From positions 1 through 25,325 of the forward strand of contig NW_021836262.1 in the NCBI RefSeq assembly GCF_006345805.1: a DNA stretch of 25,325 nt, read 5' to 3'. Under the pieces are notes generated by a model. It saw only the letters and a list, made by a program, of their open reading frames with translations, did not search any database and was not told where the DNA came from. Shown here piece after piece: positions 1-11,825 of the stretch (position 1 is its first letter; every line of letters starts with the position of its first letter). This DNA is from Octopus sinensis (lineage: Eukaryota). The position numbers were made by a program, and so were the translations under genes.

Positions 1-397
1 TCCCACTGCGTGCCGCCTTGGGCGGGTGTCTTCTACAACACCTTCGGGCCGACCAAAGCCTTGTGAGTGGATTTGGTAGACGTAAAATGAAAGAATCCCG
101 TCGTATATATGTATATGTGTGTGTGTGTTTGTGTTTGTGTTTGTGTGTGTGTGTGCGTGTGTGTGTGTGTATGTCTGTTTGTCTGTGTTTATCCCCACCC
201 CCCAACATCGCTTGACAACCGATGATGGTGTGTTTATGTACCCCTAACTAACCGGTTCGGCAAAAGGACCGATAGAATACGTACTAGGCTTACAAAGAAT
301 AAGTCCTGGGGTAGATTTACTCGACTAAAGGCGATACTCCAGCATGGCCGCAGTCAAATGACTGAAACATGTAAAAGAGTGAAAGAGTAAAAGAGAA
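1..397 (+). mobile_element. tRNA-derived SINE family A, 5' end cut by window edge
   Basis: Shares body with copies at 513, 9007, 17831 and 24606 (TTGTGAGTGGATTTGGTAGACG..., internal (TA)/(TG) tract, CCAGCATGGCCGCAGTCAAATGACTGAAAC, (AAAAGAGT)n tail). Confidence 0.9.
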
Positions 398-466
398 CGT
401 AAAGACGAACCAAATGCCGATAAGCATTTCGCAAGGCCTGCTCAACATTCTGCCGCTCGCCGCCTT
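395..466 (-). mobile_element. SINE family B 5' head, truncated where the family A tail abuts it
   Basis: Reverse complement GGCGGCGAGCGGCAGAATGTTGAGCAGGCC...GAAATGCTTATCGGCATTT...TTTACGTTC matches the start of the copy at 17645. Confidence 0.7.
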
Positions 467-512
467 CAGGATAATAACAAAAGTATTGCCATTACTACAA
501 AAACACAACGTA

Positions 513-927
513 GGCGCAGGAGTGGCTGTGTGGTAAGTAGCTTGCTAACCAACCACATGGTTGCGGGTTCAGTCCCACTGCGTGGCATCTTGGGCAAGTG
601 TCTTTTGCTATAGCCCCGGCCGACCAATGCCTTGTGGAGTGGATTTGGTAGACGGAAACTGAAGAAGCCTGTCGTATATATGTATATATATGTGTGGTGT
701 GTGTTTGTGTGTCTGTGTTGTCCCCCTAGCATTGCTTGACAACCGATGCTGGTGTGTCTACGTCCCCGCCACTTAGCGGTTCGGCAAAAGAGACCGATAG
801 AATAAGTACTGGGCTTACAAAGAATAAGTTCCGGGGTCGATTTGATCGACTAAAGGCGGTGCTCCAGCATGGCCGCAGTCAAATGACTGAAACAAGTAAA
901 AGAGTAAAAGAGTAAAGAGTAAAGAGT
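513..927 (+). mobile_element. tRNA-derived SINE family A, full length
   Basis: GGCGCAGGAGTGGCTGTGTGGT (A-box-like), GGTTCAGTCCC (B-box-like), internal (TA)(TG) tract, (AAAAGAGT)n tail. Confidence 0.92.
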
Positions 928-1369
928 ATAGCATGCTGCAGTGTTTCTGTTCCTTTTCGAAACGAAATATAACAACAATAGTATGTCCAGTAAAATCATG
1001 GGGAAAAAATGTGCTTAGCACTATCAACAACTGCAACAACAACCACGATAATGGAATCGGTGACGACACTAACATCAAGAATGAAAACAACAGGGAAATA
1101 TGTGAGGATATCTGTGTGGCAAAGTTAATTGCTAGAAATAGCAACCCAATATTGCTGAAATCAGGAAAGGAATAACAGAGATATACGTTATAAGTATGGA
1201 GGGTTTTTTTATATAGGAAGTTCTGTTGTATATGTAGTTACACTAGTATACTCACATACACACATACACGCGCAAAAACAGACAGTCATGTATACATACA
1301 CCCATACAAATACAGACACACACTCAAAAGTATATGTGAAGTCGATTCTGTAAAGGATCTGAACCAATT

Positions 1370-1430
1370 TGAAGTATATACATAAATACATTTATATATA
1401 TATATATATAATATATATATATATATTATA

Positions 1431-1480
<50 letters not shown>

Positions 1481-1552
1481 GTATGTACACATACATGCAT
1501 ACAATACGCACACACATATTTCTCTGTGTATGTGCAGGCATAGATGTACAGA

Positions 1553-1589
<37 letters not shown>

Positions 1590-1590
1590 G
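1370..1590. repeat. Compound (TA)n/(TATG)n/(CA)n/(GA)n microsatellites
   Basis: Direct inspection. Confidence 0.95.
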
Positions 1591-1749
1591 CTGTAAGTAT
1601 CACATCAGATCCTATACACGTTATCTTTTAGTCACCAAGCGTTCCAATGCGTCCATGGAAAATGTCTGCCTACATGGAACAAATGACATGAGTCTAAAAT
1701 TGGTCTTCGCAACTGATGTTGTAGTCAATAAAAGCGCCTTCAATGAGAG

Positions 1750-1833
1750 ATGTATATATGTATATATATAGATGCATACATCTCTCTCTCTCTCTCTCTC
1801 TTTTCTATCTAACTATCTATCTACACACATGTA

Positions 1834-1879
<46 letters not shown>

Positions 1880-2076
1880 ATTATATATATATATATATAT
1901 TATATATATATATATAATATATATATATAAAATATATATGTATATAATACACACACACACACATATATATATATATTCATATATGTACATATATACACAT
2001 AAACATACATATATATGTGTATATATATATTCATATATGTACATATATACACATAGACATACACATCTATATAAAA

Positions 2077-2115
<39 letters not shown>
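1750..2115. repeat. (CT)n and long imperfect (TA)n with a short internal duplication (~1960-2065)
   Basis: ATATATATATTCATATATGTACATATATACACATA occurs twice. Confidence 0.9.
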
Positions 2116-2784
2116 CATTGGTGTTTGTAACCAACATCTACAAGGCAAGAATCATCCAAATAATTGAGAACAGAAGTGGATATACATACATTGGTACATA
2201 CAAACATACATACATACATTCATTTGTAAGAAGTATGATACACAGAGATGATTAAGTTATTTGAAAGGTAAGTGTTCCCTGGATGATTGCTGCTGATTCA
2301 CCATCACGCACACTGCATACCTATACAACAAAAGCTGCGTATCAGTTGATGGTTATACTTAGGTTGTGTTTCAGAAAGCATCACAGCTTGTAGTGACACG
2401 GACGAACAAGCGTTATCTTAGCTGTCATTCAGAGAATATGATTTTGTCAAGAAGGAATAGAAAGTAACAGCGCTATTAAGTATGAGTAACAGGGATAGAG
2501 ATTCAAGTGAAATATAGAAACGTTTAAATCGATTCACGCTCTGTGAGACTATAACCAATCGCATTATCTATCAAATATTATTAGGACATCAACACATTCA
2601 AAAGATTATTAGGACGTCAAAACCTTACTCAATACTATTCCTAGAAAGAATATCACCTGTATATCGTCATATGAGATGACTAATTCACACTCACCTGCAA
2701 TACTACATGGGTTGAATTGGCGTACCAATTCCTCAGTAAAGTTTGAGTATAAGACAAAATGTAGTCACAGTAGCATTTTAGGTT

Positions 2785-3260
2785 TTTTAGCTGTTTCAGT
2801 CATTGCGATACGGAGTTACGACGATTTAGGGGAACCACCTTCAAGAATAGAATAAAACCTACTGCTTCTAGTGGTTATAGCTTTTTAATATCTGGTACTT
2901 TTGTTTTTCTTTCGGAACCTTTTCCCAAACCGCCAGAATACAAACACGTAAATAAATTTTAACTTCGGTTCTGAACTTCGGGAGATGGCAAAAGTGCACA
3001 CAAGCACTCACACAGACTCACACACAGACATACATACACAGACACAGACACACACAGACACACAGACACACAAACACACACACACAGAGGAAAATAGTAT
3101 GGGGTTACTCCACACGTTGCATGTATGTATGTATGAATGTATGTATGTATTTATGTATGTATGTTTATTATGTATGTATGTATGTATGTATTTATGTATG
3201 TATGTATGTATGTATTAATGTATAGTATGTATGTCTGTCTGTATGTATGTACGTATGTAT

Positions 3261-3292
<32 letters not shown>

Positions 3293-3530
3293 TGCATGTA
3301 TGTATGCATGTATGTATTTATGTATGTATGTATGTATTTATGTATGTATGTATGTATGCATGTGTGTATGTGTGTATGTATGTATGTATGTATGCATGTA
3401 TGCATGTATGTAAGTATGTATATATGTGTATGTATGTACGCGTCTGGCTTCTGCCTTTTTTACTCTGTACAAAATTCACACATACAAGACATTTCTCTCC
3501 TCGTAACCATACAGCCATGTCTGCGCCTAG
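2785..3530 (-). mobile_element. Degenerate family A SINE with internal microsatellite expanded to ~330 bp of (TACA)n
   Basis: Head GGCGCAGACATGGCTGTATGGTTA on minus at ~3530; (TACA)n 3115-3440; decayed body and tail TAGCTGTTTCAGTCATT at ~2790. Confidence 0.6.
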
Positions 3531-3812
3531 AATCTGGAATTTAAAATTTATTGAAATCACCTTCCCATGAGACATTCACATTTTTCTTTAGTGAAGTAAT
3601 CAGAATTCGACTGATGCCAGACACGGAAGATAAATTTAAATTTATATTCATAGCTATGTTACAACTATCCCAATACAAATGTTGAAAAGCTGGTGTTCTT
3701 CTCACGAGAGACTATAAGTTCATAGCATCTGTAGTATGTTTGTTATATGTTTTAGACCCTTCCTTGGCAACAAGTGGTCACAGACACCTCATTCTACCTA
3801 GGATATCGTTCG

Positions 3813-3990
3813 TTTGAATTGGCTAGTGAACGTAACTACTGAAAGCAACGAAGATCCCATTTGAGCTGCGCAAACAACTGTAATTTGAAATGAATTCCCC
3901 TGCGCAAGAACACTTAAAACCCAGTCGAAGAATCAAACCGACAACTTTACTCTCTTGCGTCGTAAACTATACCAAAAATGAACGAGTTCT
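3813..3990 (-). mobile_element. Old CORE-like SINE copy (left arm of an inverted pair)
   Basis: Reverse complement GTTGTCGGTTTGATTC...TTCTTGCGCAGGGGAATTCATTTCAAATTACAG...CAGCTCAAATGGG; B-box-like and CORE-like motifs; aligns with 4194-4326. Confidence 0.55.
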
Positions 3991-4031
3991 CAACTAGCTC
4001 CTCAGCACTCCTTTCTTATTCTCCCTTTCAT

Positions 4032-4079
<48 letters not shown>

Positions 4080-4093
4080 TCCTCACTCCTTGG

Positions 4094-4182
4094 CCTTCCA
4101 CAAACAACCTTGTCCGTAATAGTGCCCCGAACAGGAACTTTCTTGGTGCAATCCCATGGTCATTTATGACCGAAGAAGGTCT
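4094..4182 (+). mobile_element. 3' tail fragment of a CORE-SINE/RTE-type element
   Basis: AACAACCTTGTCC...ACTTTCTTGGTGCAATCCCATGGTCATTTATGACCGAAGAAGGTCT resembles a cephalopod SINE tail recalled from memory. Confidence 0.45.
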
Positions 4183-4193
4183 ATATCCTAATG

Positions 4194-4326
4194 GTTGTCG
4201 GTTTAACTCTTGGACTGGGCGTTACCCGTTCTTGCGCAAGGAAATTCATTTCAAATTACAGCTGTTTTCTCAGCTCAAATGAGATCCCCATTATCTTCAG
4301 TAGCCAAGTTCACTAGCCAATTCAAA
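4194..4326 (+). mobile_element. Old CORE-like SINE copy (right arm of the inverted pair)
   Basis: Aligns by eye at roughly 75-80% with the reverse complement of 3813-3945. Confidence 0.55.
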
Positions 4327-4329
4327 GTG

Positions 4330-4520
4330 AAAGCACATGTGAATCGTTGGCAATTTTCTTCCTCCGTCTTCCTTTTCTATTGCACTTTCCTCTGTTTCTG
4401 AAGAAGAGCTTTGTTCGAAACGTTAAACCATAATTTTTCCTTCCCTGAGCGTCTGCTAGAATTTTACATGTACCACATCCTCGGGTTGGTGTTTTCATTG
4501 TGTTTGTTCATCGATTAGGG
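4330..4520 (+). mobile_element. Penelope pLTR-like fragment carrying a hammerhead motif, followed by (TA)n
   Basis: Pyrimidine-rich leader, hammerhead, then CCCTGAGCGTC..., the same layout as 7590-7780 (minus) and 24500-24600. Confidence 0.55.
4394..4428 (+). ncRNA. Minimal type I hammerhead ribozyme (Penelope type)
   Basis: GTTT-CTGAAGA-A-GAGC-TTT-GTTC-GAAA-CGTT-AAAC: stem I GUUU/AAAC, intact CUGANGA and GAAA, stem II GAGC/GUUC, loopless palindromic stem III ACGU, GUU cleavage triplet. Confidence 0.7.
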
Positions 4521-4522
4521 GG

Positions 4523-4526
<4 letters not shown>

Positions 4527-4577
<51 letters not shown>

Positions 4578-4850
4578 ATACATACATAGCTTTTATCAAC
4601 TATTGTAGCTATTTACATAATATATACACGCGCGCATACACACGCATAGATATATTTTATGCATTTACATACTTTTCTGCGCATATACATTTATTTATTT
4701 ATTCATGCATTTGCGTGTGTATACTTTCGACTAAGATTAATTTTAGCGTATTTACACGCAGCGGAAATATATACACGCATATATAAAGAGAGATAGAGAG
4801 AGAGAGAGAGGGATAGATAGATAACGAGAGTAGGTGTGTGTGTGTGTGAG
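4527..4850. repeat. (TA)n, (CA/CG), (GA)n, (GATA)n, (GT)n cluster
   Basis: Direct inspection. Confidence 0.9.
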
Positions 4851-5045
4851 AGAGAAAGAAAGGCAATGAGAGAGAAAAATGGGTGAATGATGCAGGTTGG
4901 GGTTATGTGTGGGATATCAGCCCGTTAATTAATCAAGGGCTAGCTAAAGGTTAATTAATTTCCTCCTCTATGCCTCAGACATATTAACTAATATATTGTG
5001 TGTGATTCTTTATGGCAATGCATGGATTGGTTATGCGTTACGACA

Positions 5046-5054
5046 GTATGTATG

Positions 5055-5088
<34 letters not shown>

Positions 5089-5102
5089 TGTATGTATGTT
5101 TG

Positions 5103-5133
<31 letters not shown>

Positions 5134-6500
5134 GTATGTATGTATGTATGTATGTATGTATTATGTATGTATGTATTATGTATGTATGTATGTATGTATG
5201 TATGTATGTACGTATGTATGTATGTATGTATGTATTATGTATGTATGTATGTATTATGTATGTATGTATGTATGTATTATGTATGTATGTATGTATGTAT
5301 GTATTATGTATGTATGTATTATGTATGTATGTATTATGTATGTATGTATGTATTATGTATGTATGTATGTATGTATGTATGTATTATGTATGTATGTATG
5401 TATTATGTATGTATGTATGTATGTATGTATGTATGTATGTATGTATTTATGTATGTATGTATGTATGTATGTATGCATGTATGTGTGTGCGTATGTATGT
5501 ATGTATGTATGTATGTAAGTATGTATGTATGTATGTATTATGTATGTATGTATGTATGTATGTATTATGTATGTATGTAAGTATGTATGTATGTATGTAT
5601 GTATGTATGTATTTTCGATGTATGTTGTATGTATGTATGTATGTATGTGTGTATGTATGTATGTATGTATATATGTATGTATGTATGTATTATGTATGTA
5701 TGTATGTATGTGTATGTATGTATGTATTATGTATGTATGTATGTATGTATGTATATATGTATGTATGTATGTATTATGTATGTATGTATTATGTATGTAT
5801 GTATTATGTATGTATGTATGTATGTATGTATGTATTATGTATGTATGTATGTATGTATTATGTATGTATGTATGTATGTATGTATGTATGTATGTATGTA
5901 TATGTATGTATGTATGTATGTATGTATGCATGTATGTGTGTGCGTATGTATGTATGTAGTATGTATGTAAGTATGTATGTATGTATTTGTAGTATGTATG
6001 TATGTATTATGTATTATGTATTATGTATGTATGTATGTATGTATGTATGAATGTATGTATGTATGTATGTATGTATGTATGATGTATGTATGTATGTATG
6101 TATGTATGTATATGTATGTATGTATGTATGTATGTAGGTATGTATGTATGTATGTATGTAGTATGTATGATGTATGTATGTATGTATGTATGTATGTATG
6201 ATGTATGTATGTAGTATTATGTATGTATGTATGTATGTGTGTATGTATGTATGTATGTATGCATGTATGTATGTATGATGTATGTATGTATGTATGTATG
6301 TATTGTATGTATGTATGTATGTAGGTATGTATGTATGTATGATGTATGTATGTATGTATGTATGTATGATGTATGTATGTATGTATTGTATGTATGTATG
6401 TATGTAAGTATGTATGTATGTATGCATGTATGTATGTATGTATGTATGTATTATGTATGTATGTATGTATGTATGTATGTATGGATGTAAGTATGTGTGT
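5046..6500 (+). repeat. ~1.45 kb (ATGT)n tetranucleotide array with ATGTATT and other variant units
   Basis: Direct inspection; source of the MYVC/HTYI pseudo-ORFs. Confidence 0.98.
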
Positions 6501-7339
6501 GTGTATGAGGTTGAGTCAGAGATTGGATATTTGGGTAGATGAATGGGAAGGGTGGATGTAAGAAACGATGGAGGAAGCGTAAGCGTGTTCAATGAATTCC
6601 GTGACATATGCACCCATGTTTATAATACCAGAAATCATACACTGTCCTCATGGAAACACCAGAATTCTTAGGGAAACAAAATAAAGCCGCATATAAATCA
6701 TGGACAAATGTACAATATCCTTCCTAACAAGGAAATCTATAAGAGAACAAAAGAAGGCGCACAGCGGTAACTGAATTGCTTGTCCCTAAATATATTTGAG
6801 AAAAGGAGAGTCTGTAAGGTGGATGCCCTCTGTGGTGGATGATAGGTGATTCTCTATGGTAGACATCCCGCACTTTTTTTGTTTTTGTAAGCAAAGAAGT
6901 ATTTCTTATAGTCTTTACATGTTTTTATGTCAGATTGCGTGGATTGGCTAATATAGGACATTATTACAATGATGGCGGTTTTTCAAGCTCGGGTTGACTC
7001 CTTTGGAAGACAGGAGGCTACACAAGAAGAATATCAATTCGTACGCTCTTATGATATAGTTTATACGTCGAAATATTTCAATATATATGTAATGAGAATA
7101 TCATCCCACCTGTTATATCAAATTAAAGGTATAAAACATTCATGTATGCAAAACTAGTGAAGGTGAAAAAAATCAAGCATTTATAACAATAAATATTTTA
7201 AGGTGTAATCTTAAAAAATGGTAATTACCTGACAATATGTCTCCCTTCAAATTGTGGTGATCGATGGAGATCGATGGCTGGGGAGTACATTTTGAAAATC
7301 AAAGGGTGAATACAGTGGGGATCTTTAATATTTTACCTG

Positions 7340-7792
7340 TGTCTGTCACTAGACTGCAGCCAAGCTGGAGAAGTATTTTGGACTGTTTTAATCTAACAAA
7401 TGAACTCCAGTTGTAATGTTTGATATTTCGCGAAAACTGGAACTGAATTTAACGCTACGTTACTGAAGTGTACGTAAACCAACACCGGATTTCAAGTGGA
7501 TTGTGGATGTTGCAAACACAGACACAAGGACATACCCATCCATAGCCCCACATACACACATTTATAACAATGCATCTATGTATGAATGTATGTATGAGAC
7601 GAAGACAGGTGGTGTAGAAAACAAACAGATGTATTAGTATAACGCTCGGGGATTGAAAAAGTCTTTCATATTTCGAGCATACGCTCTTCTACAGAAAGGG
7701 ACACAGAAAAAACAAGGAGAGAAAAAATGTGTGTAGAGGCTAGTGATCTATCATGGCCAAAGCCGGACGGAAGGGCCAGACATGTATGTATG

Positions 7793-7824
<32 letters not shown>

Positions 7825-8015
7825 TGTATGTATGTATGTATGTATGTATGTATCTATATGACTGGCTTCAAAACAGCTTCCGTCAACCAAATTCAATCAT
7901 AAATCATTGGTCAGCACGAGGAAACAACAGAAGACACTTCATCAAGGTGCTACACAGCAGAACTGAACCCATATACACGAAGATGTCATAAAGCTGTTTT
8001 ATCCACACAGCCATG
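7340..8015 (-). mobile_element. Degenerate family A SINE split by a pLTR-like insertion in its internal microsatellite
   Basis: Decayed head on minus 8015-7860 (GTGTGGATAAAACAGC...GGGTTCAGT...ATTTGGTTGACGGAAGC); (TACA)n 7782-7850; body resumes 7560-7340 (plus strand AACCAACACCGG...ACAAACACAGACACAA). Confidence 0.55.
7590..7780 (-). mobile_element. Penelope pLTR-like fragment with decayed hammerhead (7663-7698)
   Basis: Reverse complement CTTT-CTGTAGA-A-GAGC-GTAT-GCTC-GAAA-TATG-AAAG...CCCGAGCGTTATACTAATAC; same layout as the 4394 motif. Confidence 0.55.
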
Positions 8016-8771
8016 CTTGCGCCTGTATTGAATTCTACAAATCGGTCGAAGAATTCAAATCCTAAACTGATATGAACGCGGCACATTAGCCTTTATTTCT
8101 ATACAACAATATATCCTCCTTCCAGTATATTCTCGATGGCTGCAAAATCTATGCAATTATCCGCAGTATGCAATTAACTGAATTCGCATCGTTGGCAATA
8201 AATTGATATTTTCATACAACCAGGAGTAAGTTAATACGGATGCTTCACGAATTTCTGCATTACGCAACAAAAACGTCCAAATGTTTAATTTTTTTTTTAC
8301 TTATACTGTGGGTTTTTTTTCTGTTTGTGTGCTCACATAATTTAGTTAGATTCCACCCAATCCAGCATAATTTTATTAATCATATGTATCGTCACGACAA
8401 TCTTTTGACTCATCCCCTATGAGAATTATCAATTCCCTTCGATATTATTTATTTATGCAAGCTTAGCCCAATTCATAAAAATCCTGACGATGATTTTCAC
8501 ACAATTTGAATTTTTGACTGATAACAACTACGAGAGAAATACACATTAACTAAATATTAATTGAAGTGATCACAGGCTAAAATGTTTCATAATACAAAAT
8601 AGTGAATCCGTTTCGAATCACGGATGCATTGAAAATTAACTTCTACTTAGGCAGAAAGGTAAAAATCAAAGATCACGCTAACCTAGTATCATGGATTTTC
8701 GTTGGTGGCTTTTGTCCATAAGGAGCGAAGAATCTTTACTTGAATAAGTAGGGTAGTAGGTACAAGTAAAG

Positions 8772-9004
8772 GTGAAGCTGGCACGATATTTACTAGTAGG
8801 TAAGACGGAATACTTAGCAGGTTAGGCAAAAAGCTTGGCGGCGTTTTGTCCGTTTTTACGTTCTGAGTTCAAATCTCGCCGAGGTCGAGGTTGGTTTTTC
8901 ATCTTCTTGGTGTTGGTAAAATTAGTACCAGTTGAGCACTTGCGTCGAGGTTATTGAATAATCTCTTCCTCGAATTTGATGGATTTGCATCAGAATTTGA
9001 AACA
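8772..9004 (+). mobile_element. SINE family B, diverged
   Basis: TTACGTTCTGAGTTCAAATCTCGCCGAGGTCGA...TTTTCATC...GGTAAAATTAGTACCAGTTGAGCAC matches 17645-17830. Confidence 0.75.
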
Positions 9005-9006
9005 AG

Positions 9007-9407
9007 TAGGAGTGTCTGTGTGGTAAGTAGCTTGCTAACCAACCACATGGTTCCGGGTTCAGTCCCACTGCGTGACATCTTGGGCAAGTGTCTTCTACTA
9101 TAGCCCCGGGCCGATCAATGCCTTGTGAGTGGATTTGGTAGACGGAAACTGAAAGAAGCCTGTCGTATATATGTATATATATATATGTGTGTATGTTTGT
9201 GTGTCTGTGTTTGTCCCCCTAACATTGCTTGACAGCCGATGCTGGTGTGTTTACGTCCCCGTCACTTAGCGGTTCGGCAAAAGAGACCGATAGAATAAGT
9301 ACTGGGCTTACAAAGAATAAGCCCCGGAGTCGATTTGCTCGACTAAAGGCGGTGCTCCAGCATGGCCGCAGTCAAATGACTGAAACAAGTAAAAGAGAAA
9401 GAGAAAG
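9007..9407 (+). mobile_element. tRNA-derived SINE family A, near full length
   Basis: High similarity to 513-927 throughout. Confidence 0.92.
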
Positions 9408-9984
9408 TAGATAATGGAATGAGGACATTTACAGGAGACCAACATCCCAGAAATGTTAGTGTTGATCAAAGTTTACCATTGTGCAGTAGTAAGAACACTG
9501 TACCTGATTAAATGTTAATGGGAAAAAATGATTAAAAATGAGTATACGAAAACAAAATGAAATTAAGGAAATTAAATTAGAAGTTATATGAAATAAAAGA
9601 AAATATGAGGAACGCAAGCCTAAAAAAATATTACGTAGATAAAGATATTACTGTTTTCTCTTCATTGCTCAGTTTTGCCATCTTTCATTCTTAGCCCTTG
9701 GTTTGCCCATCAATAAACCGCTAGCACCGCAAGTATCGTTTTCTCATTCTAAATCTGCTCTTTCTTTTGTCTTAGCTCAGCTTTACATCTCTTCTCTTAG
9801 CACAGCATCCCCTGTCACCATCCTACTAAGATATTACGTGGAATACTTGCCAGTCGGTTCCTATTTAAGAAACAGGTGTGGGAAACAAATTCACCACGAA
9901 GAGAAGTTTGCGAATGAAGCGAGGAAAATACTTCGCGAAACCACATTCTCTGTCGAAATAAAATCGCAAGCATTAAGTAAATGA

Positions 9985-10021
9985 AGCAGTAGTAGTGGTA
10001 GAATTAGTAGTGGTAGAATTA

Positions 10022-10101
<80 letters not shown>

Positions 10102-10147
10102 CAGCATCTTAGTAGTAGTGGTAGTAGCAGTAGTAATATTAATAGCG

Positions 10148-10180
<33 letters not shown>

Positions 10181-10257
10181 ACAGCAGCAGAAGTAGTAGT
10201 AGTAGTAACATCAGCAGAAGTAGTAGTAGTAGTATTAACAGCAGCAGCAGCAGTAGC

Positions 10258-10300
<43 letters not shown>
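9985..10300 (-). repeat. (AGT)n/(AGC)n array forming the (TAC)n 3' tail of the adjacent SINE
   Basis: Directly abuts the 3' end of the minus-strand element at 10301. Confidence 0.85.
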
Positions 10301-10554
10301 CCTAACTTCCTTCCCGAGTTATACTGACTCGTAGGGGCCGGGTTCCCGGTTTCCCAGTTTCCGTGGCGTCTACATTCCCCACCTGAACGGACCGTCGTGG
10401 GATTACTCATTCGTGCCAGGTGAGTGGACAGAGGCAACATGAGACAAAGTGTTTTCGGTCAAGGACACTAACGCGGCGCCCTGTCCAGGAAACGAAACTG
10501 TAATCTTTCGATCGTGAGCCCAACACCTCCTGACCAAGAAGCCATGCCTCCACC
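10301..10554 (-). mobile_element. CORE-type tRNA SINE
   Basis: Reverse complement: head GGTGGAGGCATGGCT...TGGTCAG, B-box-like CAGTTTCGTTTCCTGG, CORE-like GTGTCCTTGACCGAAAACACTTTGTCTCATGTTGCCTCTGTCCACTCACCTGGCACGAATGAGTA, tail CCACGGAAACTGGGAAACCGGG. Confidence 0.75.
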
Positions 10555-11150
10555 AGACAATGTGGTATATATGTTATATAAAAGTGGGATTGCATTACAG
10601 TTTAATTTTGGCGAATCAAGCAGCTGCTGAAGGCATGGGGCGACTCTCCGGGTTGCGTGACCTCGCAAGACCACATCCAAGCAATAGAGTTATCTCCCTT
10701 TTGGTTGTATAGTTTCTCATGGGAGCGCTAGAGGGCGGGTCATTCTGTATTTCCGACATTATGTCTTTATTCTACACCTGAGTTTTTGACGTAAGTGAAA
10801 TGAATAAAATGGACCACTTCACATACAGAGAGTGGTCACTGTTTTCTTTGTGTGTGTGTGTCTGCATGCGTGTTTGTGTGTGTATGTGTGTGTGTGTGTG
10901 TGTGTTCATCTTGCGCTTCACATTCGTTCAATATTTCAAACAAGTCTTCTTAAATCTATCCGAGATAAATTGTGTTATAAATTTAGATATTTATACACTC
11001 CAAACTGCTTTCCTTATTAGGATTCTAATTCTCCCATTCTTCAGCTTTCCCCCACTCATCACTCGCACACTACATACATACCATACACACACAAACACTC
11101 ACACACACACACACATACTACATACATACATACATATATACATACACACA

Positions 11151-11430
11151 TTTTCCTTAAAGAACAAAACTTTATAGGCCCGTTCACGAAATTATATAAT
11201 ATCTTATTTAAACGTAATATTTAAACGAATTGCTTAGAAAGCAACCATACTCTTTATACTAGTAAAATTAAATACATACAGAAATACATACATAAGTTTT
11301 CCTTAAAGAACAAAACTTTATACGCCCATACACGAAATTATATAATATTTTATTTAAACATAATATTTAAAAGAATTGTTTGGAAAGCAACCATATTCTT
11401 TATACTAATAAAATTAAATACATACAGACA
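11151..11430 (+). repeat. Direct tandem duplication, ~146 bp unit, two copies
   Basis: TTTTCCTTAAAGAACAAAACTTTATA starts at 11151 and 11297; the rest of the units align with few mismatches. Confidence 0.9.
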
Positions 11431-11516
11431 TACATACAAAAATACCCTGTTCATGTTGAAATTCCAATGGAGGAACCTTGGAAGTAGGTGAGAAAACGGT
11501 TCTTTTGGCAAGAAAT

Positions 11517-11559
11517 CTTGAAATAAACTGAATAATGACATACATACATATGTGTATGC

Positions 11560-11590
<31 letters not shown>

Positions 11591-11794
11591 GACATGATAC
11601 ATATATGTATGCATATATATATATATATATATATATATGTTTGTGTGTGTGTGTGTGAAATAACTGAATAATGACATACATACATACGTGTATGCATATA
11701 TATATATACATATATCTAATTACATATATACATATATATATATATATATATAAATATACACACACATATATATATATAAGTATATATACATCAG

Positions 11795-11825
<31 letters not shown>

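Noticed and set aside
513-590. tRNA gene
   Set aside because: A/B-box-like head of a SINE; no complete cloverleaf or acceptor stem.
2266-2274. Consensus donor AAG/GTAAGT
   Set aside because: No plausible open exon or acceptor upstream; a 9-mer can occur by chance.
2712-2737. CTGAGGA followed by a hairpin on minus (hammerhead-like)
   Set aside because: No GAAA after the stem and no stems I/III; just a 7-bp hairpin.
4998-6613. 350-aa and overlapping MYVC/HTYI-repeat ORFs
   Set aside because: Translation of the (ATGT)n microsatellite; no coding signal.
6932-7157. Acceptor-like site with a TGA-interrupted frame (possible exon or selenoprotein)
   Set aside because: No recognisable homology, no SECIS identified, no convincing donor.
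9703-9984. 93-aa ORF with VEYLPVGS, faintly kinase-like
   Set aside because: No other kinase motifs; two frames are equally open; likely chance.
9973-10440. Poly-Thr/Val/Ser ORFs resembling mucins
   Set aside because: SINE body plus its (TAC)n tail.
10560-10700. GACCTCGC motif as a possible HDV-like ribozyme
   Set aside because: P1 is imperfect and distant; P1.1 and J4/2 elements not found.
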